Assembly: GCA_963779755.1 (NCBI GenBank)
Contig: CAVZZO010000001.1
Location: forward strand, 1,184,001 to 1,248,000
Direction: 5' to 3'
DNA: 64,000 bases
DNA from: an uncultured Gemmatimonadales bacterium
GTDB lineage: Bacteria > Gemmatimonadota > Gemmatimonadetes > Gemmatimonadales > GWC2-71-9
Shown here: positions 39,585-49,330 of the stretch, in pieces
Position numbering within the stretch: the stretch's first letter is position 1
Layout of the letters: each line of letters opens with the position of its first letter
The notes under the pieces: model-generated
The model's input: the letters and a program-made list of their open reading frames with translations, nothing else
What the model was told of the DNA's origin: nothing
Databases searched by the model: none
Program-made: the position numbers and the translations under genes

Positions 39585-40847
39585 ATGCGGCAGAGCGATC
39601 TCATCTACGACTGGAACGACCACGAGGGGCGCTTCGACTGGCCGGCCGCGCGGGTCGAGTTGAACGACGAGACCCTGCGCGATGGTCTGCAGTCTCCTTC
39701 AGTCCGCGATCCCTCTCCCGAAGCCAAGCTCGAGTTGTTGCACCTGATGGCCGAGCTGGGCATAGCCTCGCTGGACATCGGGCTTCCCGGCGCCGGCCCC
39801 CGGCAGGTCGACCAGGTGCGCGCGCTGGCCCGGGAGATCGTCCGCGCCAGGCTGCCGCTCTCGCCCAACTGCGCGGCGCGGACGGTGGTGAAGGACGTGG
39901 AGCCCATCGTCACCGTCAGCGAGGAGGTCGGCATTCCGATCGAGGCGGCGACGTTCATCGGGTCGTCCGCCATCCGGCAGTACACCGAGGACTGGAGCCT
40001 GGAGCGGATGCTCCGGGCGAGCGAAGACGCGGTCACCTTCGCGGTGAAGCACGGGCTGCCGGTCATGTACGTCACCGAAGACACCACCCGGGCGCGGCCG
40101 GAGACGCTCAAGACTCTCTACGGCAACGCCATCGGCTGGGGCGCCCGGCGCATCTGCCTGGCCGACACGGTGGGCCATGCCACGCCGGACGGCGTACGCA
40201 GCCTGATCCGCTTCATCCGGGAAGAGGTGGTCAAACCGTCGGGCGAAGCGGTCAAGGTGGACTGGCACGGGCATCGCGACCGCGGCCTCGGCGTGGCCAA
40301 CTGCCTGGCGGCCATCGAAGCCGGGGCCGACCGGATCCACGCCACCGCCGTGGGCATCGGCGAACGGGTGGGCAATGCCGAGATGGACCTGCTGCTGGTC
40401 AACCTGAAGCTGCTGGGCACCCACGACCGCGACCTCTCCCGCCTGGCGGAGTATTGCCAGGTGGCCTCCGACGCCACCGGCGTCCCCATCCCGTCCAACT
40501 ATCCGGTCTTCGGCACCGACGCCTTCCGTACCGCCACCGGGGTGCACGCCGCGGCCATCATCAAGGCCAAGCAGAAGGGCGATGCCTGGCTGGCCGACCG
40601 GGTGTATTCCAGCGTGCCGGCAGGCGCGTTCGGCCTGTCGCAGCGGATCGAGATCTCGCCGCTGTCCGGCCTGTCCAACGTGCGCTACTGGATGGCGGAG
40701 CACGGCTACAATGCCGAGGACGCCGCACTGGTGCAGGCGCTCTTCGCCGCCGCCAAGGCGGCCGACCATGTTCTGGGAGACGACGAATGTCACGAGTTGA
40801 TCGCCGCGGCCCGCGCGCGCGCAAGCGTGGCTGATGTCCGCTCCTGA
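39585..40847 (+). CDS. LeuA-family (2-isopropylmalate/homocitrate synthase-like) protein without regulatory domain
   Basis: DETLRDGLQ, LADTVG, HGHRDRGLG, GIGERVGN. Confidence 0.88.
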   Translation: MRQSDLIYDWNDHEGRFDWPAARVELNDETLRDGLQSPSVRDPSPEAKLELLHLMAELGIASLDIGLPGAGPRQVDQVRALAREIVRARLPLSPNCAARTVVKDVEPIVTVSEEVGIPIEAATFIGSSAIRQYTEDWSLERMLRASEDAVTFAVKHGLPVMYVTEDTTRARPETLKTLYGNAIGWGARRICLADTVGHATPDGVRSLIRFIREEVVKPSGEAVKVDWHGHRDRGLGVANCLAAIEAGADRIHATAVGIGERVGNAEMDLLLVNLKLLGTHDRDLSRLAEYCQVASDATGVPIPSNYPVFGTDAFRTATGVHAAAIIKAKQKGDAWLADRVYSSVPAGAFGLSQRIEISPLSGLSNVRYWMAEHGYNAEDAALVQALFAAAKAADHVLGDDECHELIAAARARASVADVRS

Positions 40848-42444
40848 CGAGGTCTACCGGTCCTACTTCGACCTGCGCTGGCATTTCAATCCCGCCGCCG
40901 CCACCTCCGCCGGCTTCACCGGCGAGAACGGCCGGCTCGGCAGCTTCGATTCCGAATCCATGCGGGCCCACCTGGCCGCCTTCCGTGCGATGATGGGGGC
41001 GGTGGAAGAGCTGGCGCCCGACGATCTCCAGGCCGAAATCGACCGGACCGCCGTCCTGGGCGACGTCCGGAGTACCATCTTCCGCTTTACCTACGAAGAG
41101 CCGCACATCCGCAATCCCGCCTTCTGGCTGGGGCATCTCTACCAGTCCCTGTATGCCCTGCTGGACCGGCCGGAAGGCACGCCGGCGGAACGGGCCGGAT
41201 GGATGCTCGAACGCCTCCGCGGGGCGGCCGCCTTCCTGCGGAGCGCGCAGGAGACCCTGCGCGATCCGCCCCGGGTGTTCCTCGATACCGCCGCCGCCAT
41301 GGTGGAGGGCGGGGGCGTGCTGCTGGGGCAGGCGGCCGCGTTCTGCCGCGATCACCTGGAGCCCGGCGGCGAGGCGGTGGAGCAGGCCGCGGGGGACGCG
41401 GAGGCCGCGCTGGCGCGCTTCGGGTTGGCGCTGGGAACCGAACTGGCGGCCAGCAGCACCGAGACCGGCTTTGCCGTCGGCGAGGACCAGTTCAACCGGC
41501 GGCTGCACCACGAGCATGCGCTGAACGCCACCGCCCCGGAACTGTGGCGCTACGGCATGCACCTGGTGGAGGAGACCGAGGGCGAGCTGGTGAAACTCGC
41601 CGCACGGATCGAGCCGGGGACGCCCTGGCGCAGCCTGGTGGAGCGGTTGCGGGGCGCGGCACCGGTCGAGGGCGATCCGGTGGCGGTCTACCGGGAGGAA
41701 ATCGAGCGGTCGCTGGGCTTCGTGCGCGAGCGGGAGCTCATGACCATTCCGGAGGGCCCGCTGGTGGTGCTGCCCACCCCCGGCTACCTGCGCCCGCTCA
41801 TTCCCATCGCGGCGTACACCCCGCCGGGCGAATACTCGCAAGACCGGACCGGCCGCTTCTACGTGACCTCGGGCGCGCGTCCCGGACGCACCACCACTCT
41901 GGGCACCTGCCGCTACGAGCTGCCGACGACGGCTCTGCATGAGGGTTACCCCGGCCATCACCTCCAGCTGCTGCGGGCGCGGGACTCCGCCTCGGAGGTG
42001 CGGCGGGTGATCTGGACCCCGCTAACGGTCGAGGGCTGGGCGCTCTACTGCGAAGACATGATGGGCGAGGAGGGCTATTACCGCTCGCCCGAGGAGCGGC
42101 TGTTCCAGCGGCTGCACCTGCTGTGGCGCGCGGTACGGATCATCCTGGACATCGGCCTGCATACCCGCAGCATGTCGCCCGCCGCGGCCATCGTGTTTCT
42201 GATGGACAAGGTGCCGATGGACTACCGCGACGCCGAGGCGGAGGTCCGCCGCTACTGCGCCTATCCCACCTACCAGCAGAGCTATGCCGTGGGCCGGCGG
42301 GAGATCCGCGCGCTGCGCGACGACTGGCGCGCCCGCGCGGGGGGCGCCTACCGGCTGCGGGCATTTCACGACGACCTGCTGCAATATGGCGGGTTGCCGG
42401 TCTCACTGATTCGCTGGGGCATGGGTCTCGAATCGGGGGAGTGA
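40834..42444 (+). CDS. DUF885 family protein
   Basis: HEGYPGHHLQ, EGWALYCE, EVRRY...P.Y..SY..G, FHD.LL..G..P. Confidence 0.9.
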   Translation: MSAPDEVYRSYFDLRWHFNPAAATSAGFTGENGRLGSFDSESMRAHLAAFRAMMGAVEELAPDDLQAEIDRTAVLGDVRSTIFRFTYEEPHIRNPAFWLGHLYQSLYALLDRPEGTPAERAGWMLERLRGAAAFLRSAQETLRDPPRVFLDTAAAMVEGGGVLLGQAAAFCRDHLEPGGEAVEQAAGDAEAALARFGLALGTELAASSTETGFAVGEDQFNRRLHHEHALNATAPELWRYGMHLVEETEGELVKLAARIEPGTPWRSLVERLRGAAPVEGDPVAVYREEIERSLGFVRERELMTIPEGPLVVLPTPGYLRPLIPIAAYTPPGEYSQDRTGRFYVTSGARPGRTTTLGTCRYELPTTALHEGYPGHHLQLLRARDSASEVRRVIWTPLTVEGWALYCEDMMGEEGYYRSPEERLFQRLHLLWRAVRIILDIGLHTRSMSPAAAIVFLMDKVPMDYRDAEAEVRRYCAYPTYQQSYAVGRREIRALRDDWRARAGGAYRLRAFHDDLLQYGGLPVSLIRWGMGLESGE

Positions 42445-42450
42445 CCCCGC

Positions 42451-43428
42451 ATGCGCGTTACGGTCCTGACCTATCTCGACAGCAGCAACGAGGCGTCCAC
42501 CCGCTACGATCCGGTGGTCCGCCAGGTGGCGGGCGCGCTGCGCAAGCTGGGCCACCGGGTGAGCATCTTCGGCGTGCATGGCGACATCCGGAGGCTCATT
42601 TCGGGCCTGCGGCGCCGCCGGCCCGATCTGGTGTTCAACCTGGTCGAGATGTTCGGCGACAACATGTTCGGCGATATTCCCGTGGCCGGCGTGATGGACC
42701 TGCTGGGCATCCGCTACACCGGCTGCGGGCCAGGCGAGTTCTATCTCACCCAGGACAAGGCCCTCACCAAGAAGATCCTCGCCTTCCACAATATCCTGTA
42801 TCCCCGTTTCGCGGTGTTCTCGCGCGACGCCGATTTCGAAACCGGCGGCAATCTGCGGATGCCGCTTTTCGTCAAGCCGTTGCGGGCCGATTCCAGCATC
42901 GGCATCGACCAGAAGTCCCTGGTGACCGATGCGGTCACCCTGATGAAACAAGTCAAGACCATCCACCAGGACCTGGATGACGATGCCCTGGCGGAGGAGT
43001 ACATCGAGGGGCGGGAGTTCTATGTCGGGGTGCTGGGGAATCAGGTGGCGTCCGTGCTGCCGCCGGTGGAGCTGGATTTTACCGGATTCCCGCCGGGCCA
43101 GCCCAAAGTGCTGGACAGCAAGGCCAAGTGGGATACCAAGAGCCGGGAGTACAAGGGGACCAGGGCCGTCATCGCCACCCTGCCGGACGAGCTGCGGGCC
43201 CGGCTCCAGCGGGTATCGCTCGATGCCTATCGCGCCTTGCGGGTGCGCGACTACGGCCGGGTGGATCTCCGGCTCACCGACACCGGCGATATCTACGTGC
43301 TGGAGGTGAACGCCAGCTGCTATCTGGAACGCGGCGCCGAGTTCGCCATGGCGGCCGCGGCTTCGGGAATGGACTATACCACCATGGTCGGGCGGATCCT
43401 GGAGCTGGCGGGGGAGCGGGCGCGGTAG
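42451..43428 (+). CDS. D-Ala-D-Ala ligase-like ATP-grasp enzyme
   Basis: VFNLVE, YTG, DKALTK, FVKP...DSSIGI, EEYIEGRE, YGRVDLR, LEVN. Confidence 0.88.
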   Translation: MRVTVLTYLDSSNEASTRYDPVVRQVAGALRKLGHRVSIFGVHGDIRRLISGLRRRRPDLVFNLVEMFGDNMFGDIPVAGVMDLLGIRYTGCGPGEFYLTQDKALTKKILAFHNILYPRFAVFSRDADFETGGNLRMPLFVKPLRADSSIGIDQKSLVTDAVTLMKQVKTIHQDLDDDALAEEYIEGREFYVGVLGNQVASVLPPVELDFTGFPPGQPKVLDSKAKWDTKSREYKGTRAVIATLPDELRARLQRVSLDAYRALRVRDYGRVDLRLTDTGDIYVLEVNASCYLERGAEFAMAAAASGMDYTTMVGRILELAGERAR

Positions 43429-43466
43429 GGCAACGCCGGGTGGCAGAGCGGGCGCAAGAGGCGGAA

Positions 43467-44495
43467 TCAGGTGAGGTAGCTTCCCTCCCGTACGTAGTTC
43501 ATGGCCAGCGCGGTGATGAGGGCGGTGAGCGCCAGGATCACCCGCGGCTCCTCGGCGGCCGGGTAGGCCAGGGCCATCCGGTCGGCGCGCTCCACCAGGT
43601 GGCGTACCAGGCGGCGGGTGCGCTCGGGAAAGTGCCCGGTCCACTGGTAGATGCCGGCGGCGAGGTCGGGCTCCAGGCGGCGGAGCAGTGCCGCGGCGGA
43701 AAGCCCGGCCGCCTCCGCGGGCAGGGCCGGCTCGGCGGGAAGGACCACGGCAGTGCGGAGCGCTCCATCCAGCCCCAGCGGCAGGGGCGGCTCCGGCTGC
43801 CGCTGCCGCCGGTACATCTCTTCCAGCGTATAGCCGATTTCTGTCACGTCCTCGTCCAGGTCCTGCGCCACGACCAGGGGCGGGATGTCGCGCAGTTCCC
43901 GGACCCGGCGGTCGCAGTACTCCAGCTTGGCCAGGGCAGCGGGCCACCCGGCGTACTCGGTGCGCCAGTCGTGCTCGGGGGTCATCCAGACGGCAAAGGT
44001 CTCCGACCAGTCCTCGTCCGGGTGCTTCTGCGCGTACCAGCCGGGGAGGTGACGGACATAGCGGCGGCTGAAGGGGCGCGGGCGATATTCTTCCCGGTAG
44101 GGCAGGGTGATGGGCCCGAAAGTCCGCGCCCACTCTTCTTCCTGATAGAGTCGATAGGCGTAATTCACCACGTGCCCCATCTCGTGCCGCAGATAGCGGA
44201 GAATGTCGCTTCGGCCCATGCCCTCCACGTGCCCCGCATGCTCGGCGTGAATGGCGGTCAATTCGGGATGGGCCAGATAGAAGGGAATGGCGACCGCCAC
44301 CGTATCGAAGGGAACCCCCCATTCGGTGGAGAGATAGAACCGGGGGCGGAGATACCTGAGCCCCAGGGCCAGCAGCTCGCCCTCGAATTCGGCCAGGATG
44401 GGCTCCAGCCGGGTGCCCTCGATGGTGAGGCCCAGGTCCCGGATCGGGGTGGACCAGAGAGAGGCCTCGTGCGGGGGTGTGGGTGAAACGGGCAT
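43467..44495 (-). CDS. Putative zinc-binding metallopeptidase
   Basis: LRHEMGH, YAQKHPDEDWSETFAVW; ATG 44495 chosen. Confidence 0.85.
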   Translation of the reverse strand: MPVSPTPPHEASLWSTPIRDLGLTIEGTRLEPILAEFEGELLALGLRYLRPRFYLSTEWGVPFDTVAVAIPFYLAHPELTAIHAEHAGHVEGMGRSDILRYLRHEMGHVVNYAYRLYQEEEWARTFGPITLPYREEYRPRPFSRRYVRHLPGWYAQKHPDEDWSETFAVWMTPEHDWRTEYAGWPAALAKLEYCDRRVRELRDIPPLVVAQDLDEDVTEIGYTLEEMYRRQRQPEPPLPLGLDGALRTAVVLPAEPALPAEAAGLSAAALLRRLEPDLAAGIYQWTGHFPERTRRLVRHLVERADRMALAYPAAEEPRVILALTALITALAMNYVREGSYLT

Positions 44496-44620
44496 GGTGG
44501 ATGTATAGACAGGCCGGGGTCCTCCGGGCAAAGTCCCGGCCGGCAGCGGTGTGCCTTCGTGCCTTCTGCGCCCTCCGTGTGAGCGATAGCTGGACTCACT
44601 CGTGCCACGGGTAAAACCTG

Positions 44621-45799
44621 ATGACAGACCCCGATCAGTCCGCACGCATCCCTCCCCGGGTCAAGGGCCTCTCGCTCGTCTCGCTCTTCAACGACTTCGC
44701 GAGCGAGATGGTCTATCCCCTTCTCCCGGCGTTCGTCACCAGCACCCTGGGTGCGGGGGCGGTGGCCCTGGGGGCGCTGGATGGGGCGGCGGATCTTGCC
44801 TCGTCGCTGCTCAAGTGGGTGAGCGGGCGCCTGGCCGACCGGCCCGGCTGGCGCAAGCCGCTGATCCTGGGGGGCTACCTGCTGGCGGTGGCACTGCGGC
44901 CGGTGATGGCCCTGGCTTCAAGCGCCTGGCAGGTGATCGGGCTCCGGGTGGGCGACCGGATCGGGAAGGGATTCCGGGGGCCGCCGAGGGACGCATTGAT
45001 CGCCGATGTGACGCCAGCGGCCTCGCGGGGGCGCTCCTTCGGCTTCCAGCGCGGGGCGGATCATTTCGGGGCGGTGCTGGGGAGCCTGGTGGCCTGGTGG
45101 CTGCTGCGGGTGCACATGCCGGTCCGCGACGTGCTGGCGTGGAGCGCGGCGCCGGGTGCGGTGGCGTTCGTCGTGCTGTTCTTTGTGCTGCGCGGCTACC
45201 GTGCCCGCAGCGTGGCCCAGCGGGCGGCCACGGCCGAGCACCGGGATGCCACGGGCCGGGTATTCTGGGGACCGGTGCTGCTGCTGGCGGCGCTTACCCT
45301 GTTCCGGCTGCCGGAGACGCTGCTGCTCCTGCGGCTGCAGGACCTGGGCGTGGCGATCCCGCTGGTGCCGCTGGTCTGGGCCGGACTGCACGTGGTGCGG
45401 ACGGCTGGGTCGTATCCCGGCGGATGGCTGAGCGACCGGATCGGGCCCCGGATCACCGAGGCGCTGGGGGGTGCCACATTCGCCGCCGTGGTGTTCCTGC
45501 TGGGGCTGCCGTTGCACTACGCGGTCGCGATCACCGTCTTTCTCTCGCTCGGCCTGGTTGCCGGGCTTACCGAGGCGGCGGAGCGGTCGCTGGTGGCGAG
45601 CCTCTCGCCGGTCAGAACCGGCCGCGGCTTCGGGGCCTACCATGCGGTGACCGGCCTGGCGGCGCTGCCGGCGGGCCTGGCCTTCGGAGAGCTGTACCAG
45701 CGGGTGAGCGGCCATACCGCCGCCTGGGCCTCGGCGGCGGCGATGACGGTGACGGTGATGGTGTGGCTGGGGTTCGTCGTGCGCGGCAGTTCCAGGTAA
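44621..45799 (+). CDS. MFS transporter
   Basis: DFASEM.YPLLP, G.LADR...RKP, DRIGKG.R..PRDALI; about 12 TMs. Confidence 0.92.
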   Translation: MTDPDQSARIPPRVKGLSLVSLFNDFASEMVYPLLPAFVTSTLGAGAVALGALDGAADLASSLLKWVSGRLADRPGWRKPLILGGYLLAVALRPVMALASSAWQVIGLRVGDRIGKGFRGPPRDALIADVTPAASRGRSFGFQRGADHFGAVLGSLVAWWLLRVHMPVRDVLAWSAAPGAVAFVVLFFVLRGYRARSVAQRAATAEHRDATGRVFWGPVLLLAALTLFRLPETLLLLRLQDLGVAIPLVPLVWAGLHVVRTAGSYPGGWLSDRIGPRITEALGGATFAAVVFLLGLPLHYAVAITVFLSLGLVAGLTEAAERSLVASLSPVRTGRGFGAYHAVTGLAALPAGLAFGELYQRVSGHTAAWASAAAMTVTVMVWLGFVVRGSSR

Positions 45800-45804
45800 C
45801 TGCG

Positions 45805-46028
45805 AACCGCGAAGGCGCGAAGGATGCGCGAAGGGCGCGAAGGACTGCTGCTATTTGGGGGGCCTGTGCCTGGCTTCGGCCATACACCACTGGCGGTTGA
45901 ATTCGGTTACACCAACGGCTCTCTTCGCGTTCTTGGCGCCTTCGCGGTTGACTCTTGCAGTCGGGGCTGGGACGCGACCTTCAGGTTCAGGCAACTGCCA
46001 ACCGCTCTCTTGGCGCCTTCGCGGTTTC
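45805..46028. repeat. Palindromic repeat cluster (AACCGCGAAGGCGC / GCGCCTTCGCGGTT)
   Basis: one forward arm at 45805-45843 and two reverse arms at about 45922-45949 and 46006-46028. Confidence 0.8.
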
Positions 46029-46236
46029 AACAGCAGCGGGTCGGCCCGTCGCCGTATTTCGACGCGACGAACTCCTCGAAGAACTCCCGTTCGCTCAGCA
46101 CCGGCCGGCCCGGATGGGCCTCCCGCATGTGCCGCAGGTAGGCCTCGTAATCCGGCATCCCCGCGACGCGCTTGAGGACCGAGCGGAACCCTCGACCCCC
46201 TCGACCCTCTCGACCCTCTCGACCCTCACGAGACAT
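46027..46236 (-). CDS. YbdD/YjiX family small protein (CstA partner)
   Basis: GMPDYEAYLRHM...HP......EFF......Y.....RCC; directly downstream of cstA. Confidence 0.88.
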   Translation of the reverse strand: MSREGREGREGRGGRGFRSVLKRVAGMPDYEAYLRHMREAHPGRPVLSEREFFEEFVASKYGDGPTRCC

Positions 46237-48259
46237 AAGCCGTCTCCACGAACGGCGCCTCTCTCACTACCGGCTCCTTGCGCTGCAGTAACACCAGGAA
46301 CCACTCCCTTACCGACATCACCACCACCAGCACCACCACCGCCATGAAGAGGCCGGCGAGAACGGCGTTCAGCCGGTCGTTGAAAATCAGCCGGGCGCCG
46401 GTGACGGCGGCCACGGTGCCGGCCGCGATCTGCTGGGCCACCTGGGCCGCGTGCGAGAGGAAACCCAGGCGCGGGTCGGCCGAGTAGATCTTCTGCCAGC
46501 CGGCAGTGAGCGTCACCACCAGGAGCCATATCAGCGGAATGATGGTGGTCCAGGCATACCGGGCCCGGCCCATCTTGATGATGATGGTGGTCCCTACGCA
46601 GAGCGCGATGGCCGCCAGCAGCTGGTTGCTGATGCCAAAGAGGGGCCAGAGGGAGTTGATGCCGCCCAGGGGGTCGAGGACGCCCTGCACCAGGAACCAG
46701 CCCCAGCCGGTCACCACCAGCGCCGAGCTCAGCAGCACGCCGGGATACCAGCTGGTGCGGCCCAGCGGCTTCCAGACGTAGCCGCCCAGCTCCTGCAGCA
46801 TGAACCGCCCCACCCGGGTGCCCGTATCCACGGTGGTCAGAATGAACAACGCCTCGAACATGATGGCGAAGTGGTACCAGAGGGCGGTCAGGCTCCGGCC
46901 AAAGGCCCCCCCGAAGATGTGCGCCATGCCGAGGGCCAGCGAGGGGGCACCGCCGGTCCTGGCCAGCAGCGACGATTCGCCCACCGACGCGGCCAGCGCC
47001 TGCATCTGCTGCGGGGTCACCGCGAAGCCCCACTGCCGCACCGTCTCGGCCGCGGTCTGGAGCGTGCCGCCCAGGGCGCCGATCGGCGCGTTCACCGCGA
47101 AGTAGACCCCGGGATCGAGCACGGCGGCGGCGCAGATCGCCATCACCGCGACGAAGCTCTCCATCAGCATGCCGCCGTAGCCGATGAGACGGGCGTCGCC
47201 CTCCCGCCGCAGCATCTTGGGCGTGGTGCCCGAAGCCACCAGGGCGTGGAACCCGCTCACCGCCCCGCAGGCGATGGTGATGAACGCGAAGGGAAAGAGC
47301 TTGCCGGCGAAGATGGGTCCGGTGCCGTCCACGAACCGGGTGACCGCCGGCAGCTTGAGCGGCGGCAGCAGGACCAGGATGCCTACCGCCAGCAGCATGA
47401 TGGTGCCCACCTTCATGAAGGTGCTGAGGTAGTCCCGGGGACAGAGCAGCATCCACACCGGCAGCACGCTGGCGATGAACCCGTAGGCGATCATCCAGCC
47501 CGCGATGGTCGTTGCCTTGAGGGTGAAGAGGGGGCCCAGCACGGGCGAGGCCGCCACGTAGCGGCCGGCCACCAGCGCTGCCAGCAGCAGGATGATCCCC
47601 GCCGCCGAGGCCTCCAGGGTCTTCCCGGGTCGCCAGACCTTCATCCAGAAGCCCATGAGGAGGGCGATGGGCACGGTGCACGCGATGGTGAAGACCCCCC
47701 ACGGGCTCCCCTTCAGGGCGTTCACGACCACCAGCGCCAGCACGGCCAGCAGGATGATCATGATGGCCAGGATGGCGGCCATGGTGAGGAGGCCGGTGAC
47801 CGGGCCGATCTCCTCCTTGGCCATCTGGCCCAGCGATTTCCCGTCGCGCCGGAGCGAGGCGAAGAGAATCACGAAATCCTGCACGGCGCCGCCCAGCACC
47901 ACCCCGAAGACGATCCAGATGGTCCCCGGCAGGTAGCCGAATTGCGCGGCCAGCACCGGGCCCACCAGTGGCCCGGCCCCCGCGATGGCGGCGAAGTGGT
48001 GCCCGAAGAGGACCCAACGCTGGGTGGGCACGAAATCACGGCCGTTCTCCAGCCGCTCGGCGGGGGTGGCCCGGCGGTCGTCCAGGGAGAAGACCCGGCG
48101 GGCCAGGAAGCGGCTGTAAAAGCGATAGCCCACCAGATAGGTCCCCACCGCGGCAAGCACCAGCCAGGCGGCGCTGATGGTCTCGCCCCGGTGGAGCGCC
48201 AGGACGGCCCAGGCGGCAGCCCCGGCGAGGGAGAGGAGGGCCCAGAAGATGGCGGACAT
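46226..48259 (-). CDS. cstA: Carbon starvation protein A family transporter
   Basis: FGHHFAAIAGAGPLVGP, PRDYLS, ITIACGAVSGFHAL, LWPLFGISNQLLA. Confidence 0.95.
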   Translation of the reverse strand: MSAIFWALLSLAGAAAWAVLALHRGETISAAWLVLAAVGTYLVGYRFYSRFLARRVFSLDDRRATPAERLENGRDFVPTQRWVLFGHHFAAIAGAGPLVGPVLAAQFGYLPGTIWIVFGVVLGGAVQDFVILFASLRRDGKSLGQMAKEEIGPVTGLLTMAAILAIMIILLAVLALVVVNALKGSPWGVFTIACTVPIALLMGFWMKVWRPGKTLEASAAGIILLLAALVAGRYVAASPVLGPLFTLKATTIAGWMIAYGFIASVLPVWMLLCPRDYLSTFMKVGTIMLLAVGILVLLPPLKLPAVTRFVDGTGPIFAGKLFPFAFITIACGAVSGFHALVASGTTPKMLRREGDARLIGYGGMLMESFVAVMAICAAAVLDPGVYFAVNAPIGALGGTLQTAAETVRQWGFAVTPQQMQALAASVGESSLLARTGGAPSLALGMAHIFGGAFGRSLTALWYHFAIMFEALFILTTVDTGTRVGRFMLQELGGYVWKPLGRTSWYPGVLLSSALVVTGWGWFLVQGVLDPLGGINSLWPLFGISNQLLAAIALCVGTTIIIKMGRARYAWTTIIPLIWLLVVTLTAGWQKIYSADPRLGFLSHAAQVAQQIAAGTVAAVTGARLIFNDRLNAVLAGLFMAVVVLVVVMSVREWFLVLLQRKEPVVREAPFVETAYVS

Positions 48260-48274
48260 GGTTGAGTAATATGG

Positions 48275-48362
48275 ACGGCAGGGCGGCAGGACGGCAGGAC
48301 GGCCCTGAAGGACTTCCTCGCGGCCTCGCTTGGAGGGCCGCTCGGTCGCAGGACGGCAAGGG
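48275..48362. repeat. Dispersed ~80-bp repeat, copy 2, preceded by GGCAGGAC octamers
   Basis: near-identical to 30241-30318. Confidence 0.8.
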
Positions 48363-48463
48363 GCAGGTGGTGGCCCGCTGGCTGGGATCCTCAGTCCTCA
48401 GTCCTCGGTCCTTTTCTCTCTCTTCTTGCCCCCCCTCCCGCCGCGCCCTACCTTGAATCCCCT

Positions 48464-49330
48464 ATGTCTCCGCCTCCGCCCGACTTCGGCGCCGACCCCG
48501 GCTGGGAGAACGTCCCCCGTCGCAGCGGGGAGGCGGTGCTGGAGCAGCCTCAGCCCGAGCCGATCTCCCCCGGATTCCGGAACAAGGTGGCCATGGTGAC
48601 CGGTGGGGCCACCGGGTTGGGCCGGGCCATCTGTCTCGAATTCGGGCGGTTGGGCTGCAAGGTGGCGTTCTGCTTCGTGGACCTCCCGGGCCGCGATGTC
48701 ACCGAACAAGCCCTGCTCACCGAGACCTCGCTCACCAGCATGGGGTGCGCCGTGCACGCCTGCCGCTGCGATGTGCGCGACCGCCAGGCGGTCGAGCGCT
48801 TCGTGAGCGAAACCAGGAACCGGTTGGGCGGGGTCCATTTTCTGGTGAACAACGCCGGCATCGCGCATGACGGCGCGCTCTGGCGGCTCACCATGGCGGC
48901 CTGGGAATCCGTGATGCAGACCAACGTGACCGGCGCGTTCAACTGCATCGGGGCGGTGTCCTCGGTCTTCCGGGAGCAGCACTACGGGAAGATTGTCAGC
49001 ATCAGCGCCCACCAGGCGGAGCGTCCCGGCTTCGGGGTCTCGAGCTACGCGGCGAGCAAGGCCGCGCTGGGCGGCCTCACCCGCGCGGCGGCGGTGGAGC
49101 TCGGGCCTGCCGGCGTCAATGTCAACGCGGTGGCTCCCGGATTCATCCGGACCGAGCGCATGGCGATGCTGCCGCGGGACGTCATCAACCGGGCCCAGCG
49201 GCGCAGCGTCCTGGGACGGCTGGCCGAGCCGGAAGATGTCGCGCACGTGGTGTCCTTCCTCTGCTCCGATGAGGCCCGTCACATCACCGGGCAGACCATC
49301 TCCGTCGACGGCGGCTACGCGCTGGAATAG
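48464..49330 (+). CDS. SDR family oxidoreductase (FabG-like)
   Basis: TGGATGLG, NNAGI, YAASK, VAPGFI, ITGQTISVDGG. Confidence 0.92.
   Translation: MSPPPPDFGADPGWENVPRRSGEAVLEQPQPEPISPGFRNKVAMVTGGATGLGRAICLEFGRLGCKVAFCFVDLPGRDVTEQALLTETSLTSMGCAVHACRCDVRDRQAVERFVSETRNRLGGVHFLVNNAGIAHDGALWRLTMAAWESVMQTNVTGAFNCIGAVSSVFREQHYGKIVSISAHQAERPGFGVSSYAASKAALGGLTRAAAVELGPAGVNVNAVAPGFIRTERMAMLPRDVINRAQRRSVLGRLAEPEDVAHVVSFLCSDEARHITGQTISVDGGYALE

Noticed and set aside
45805..46028. CRISPR-like repeat-spacer pattern
   Set aside because: Only two direct copies plus an inverted one, irregular spacers, and no cas genes.
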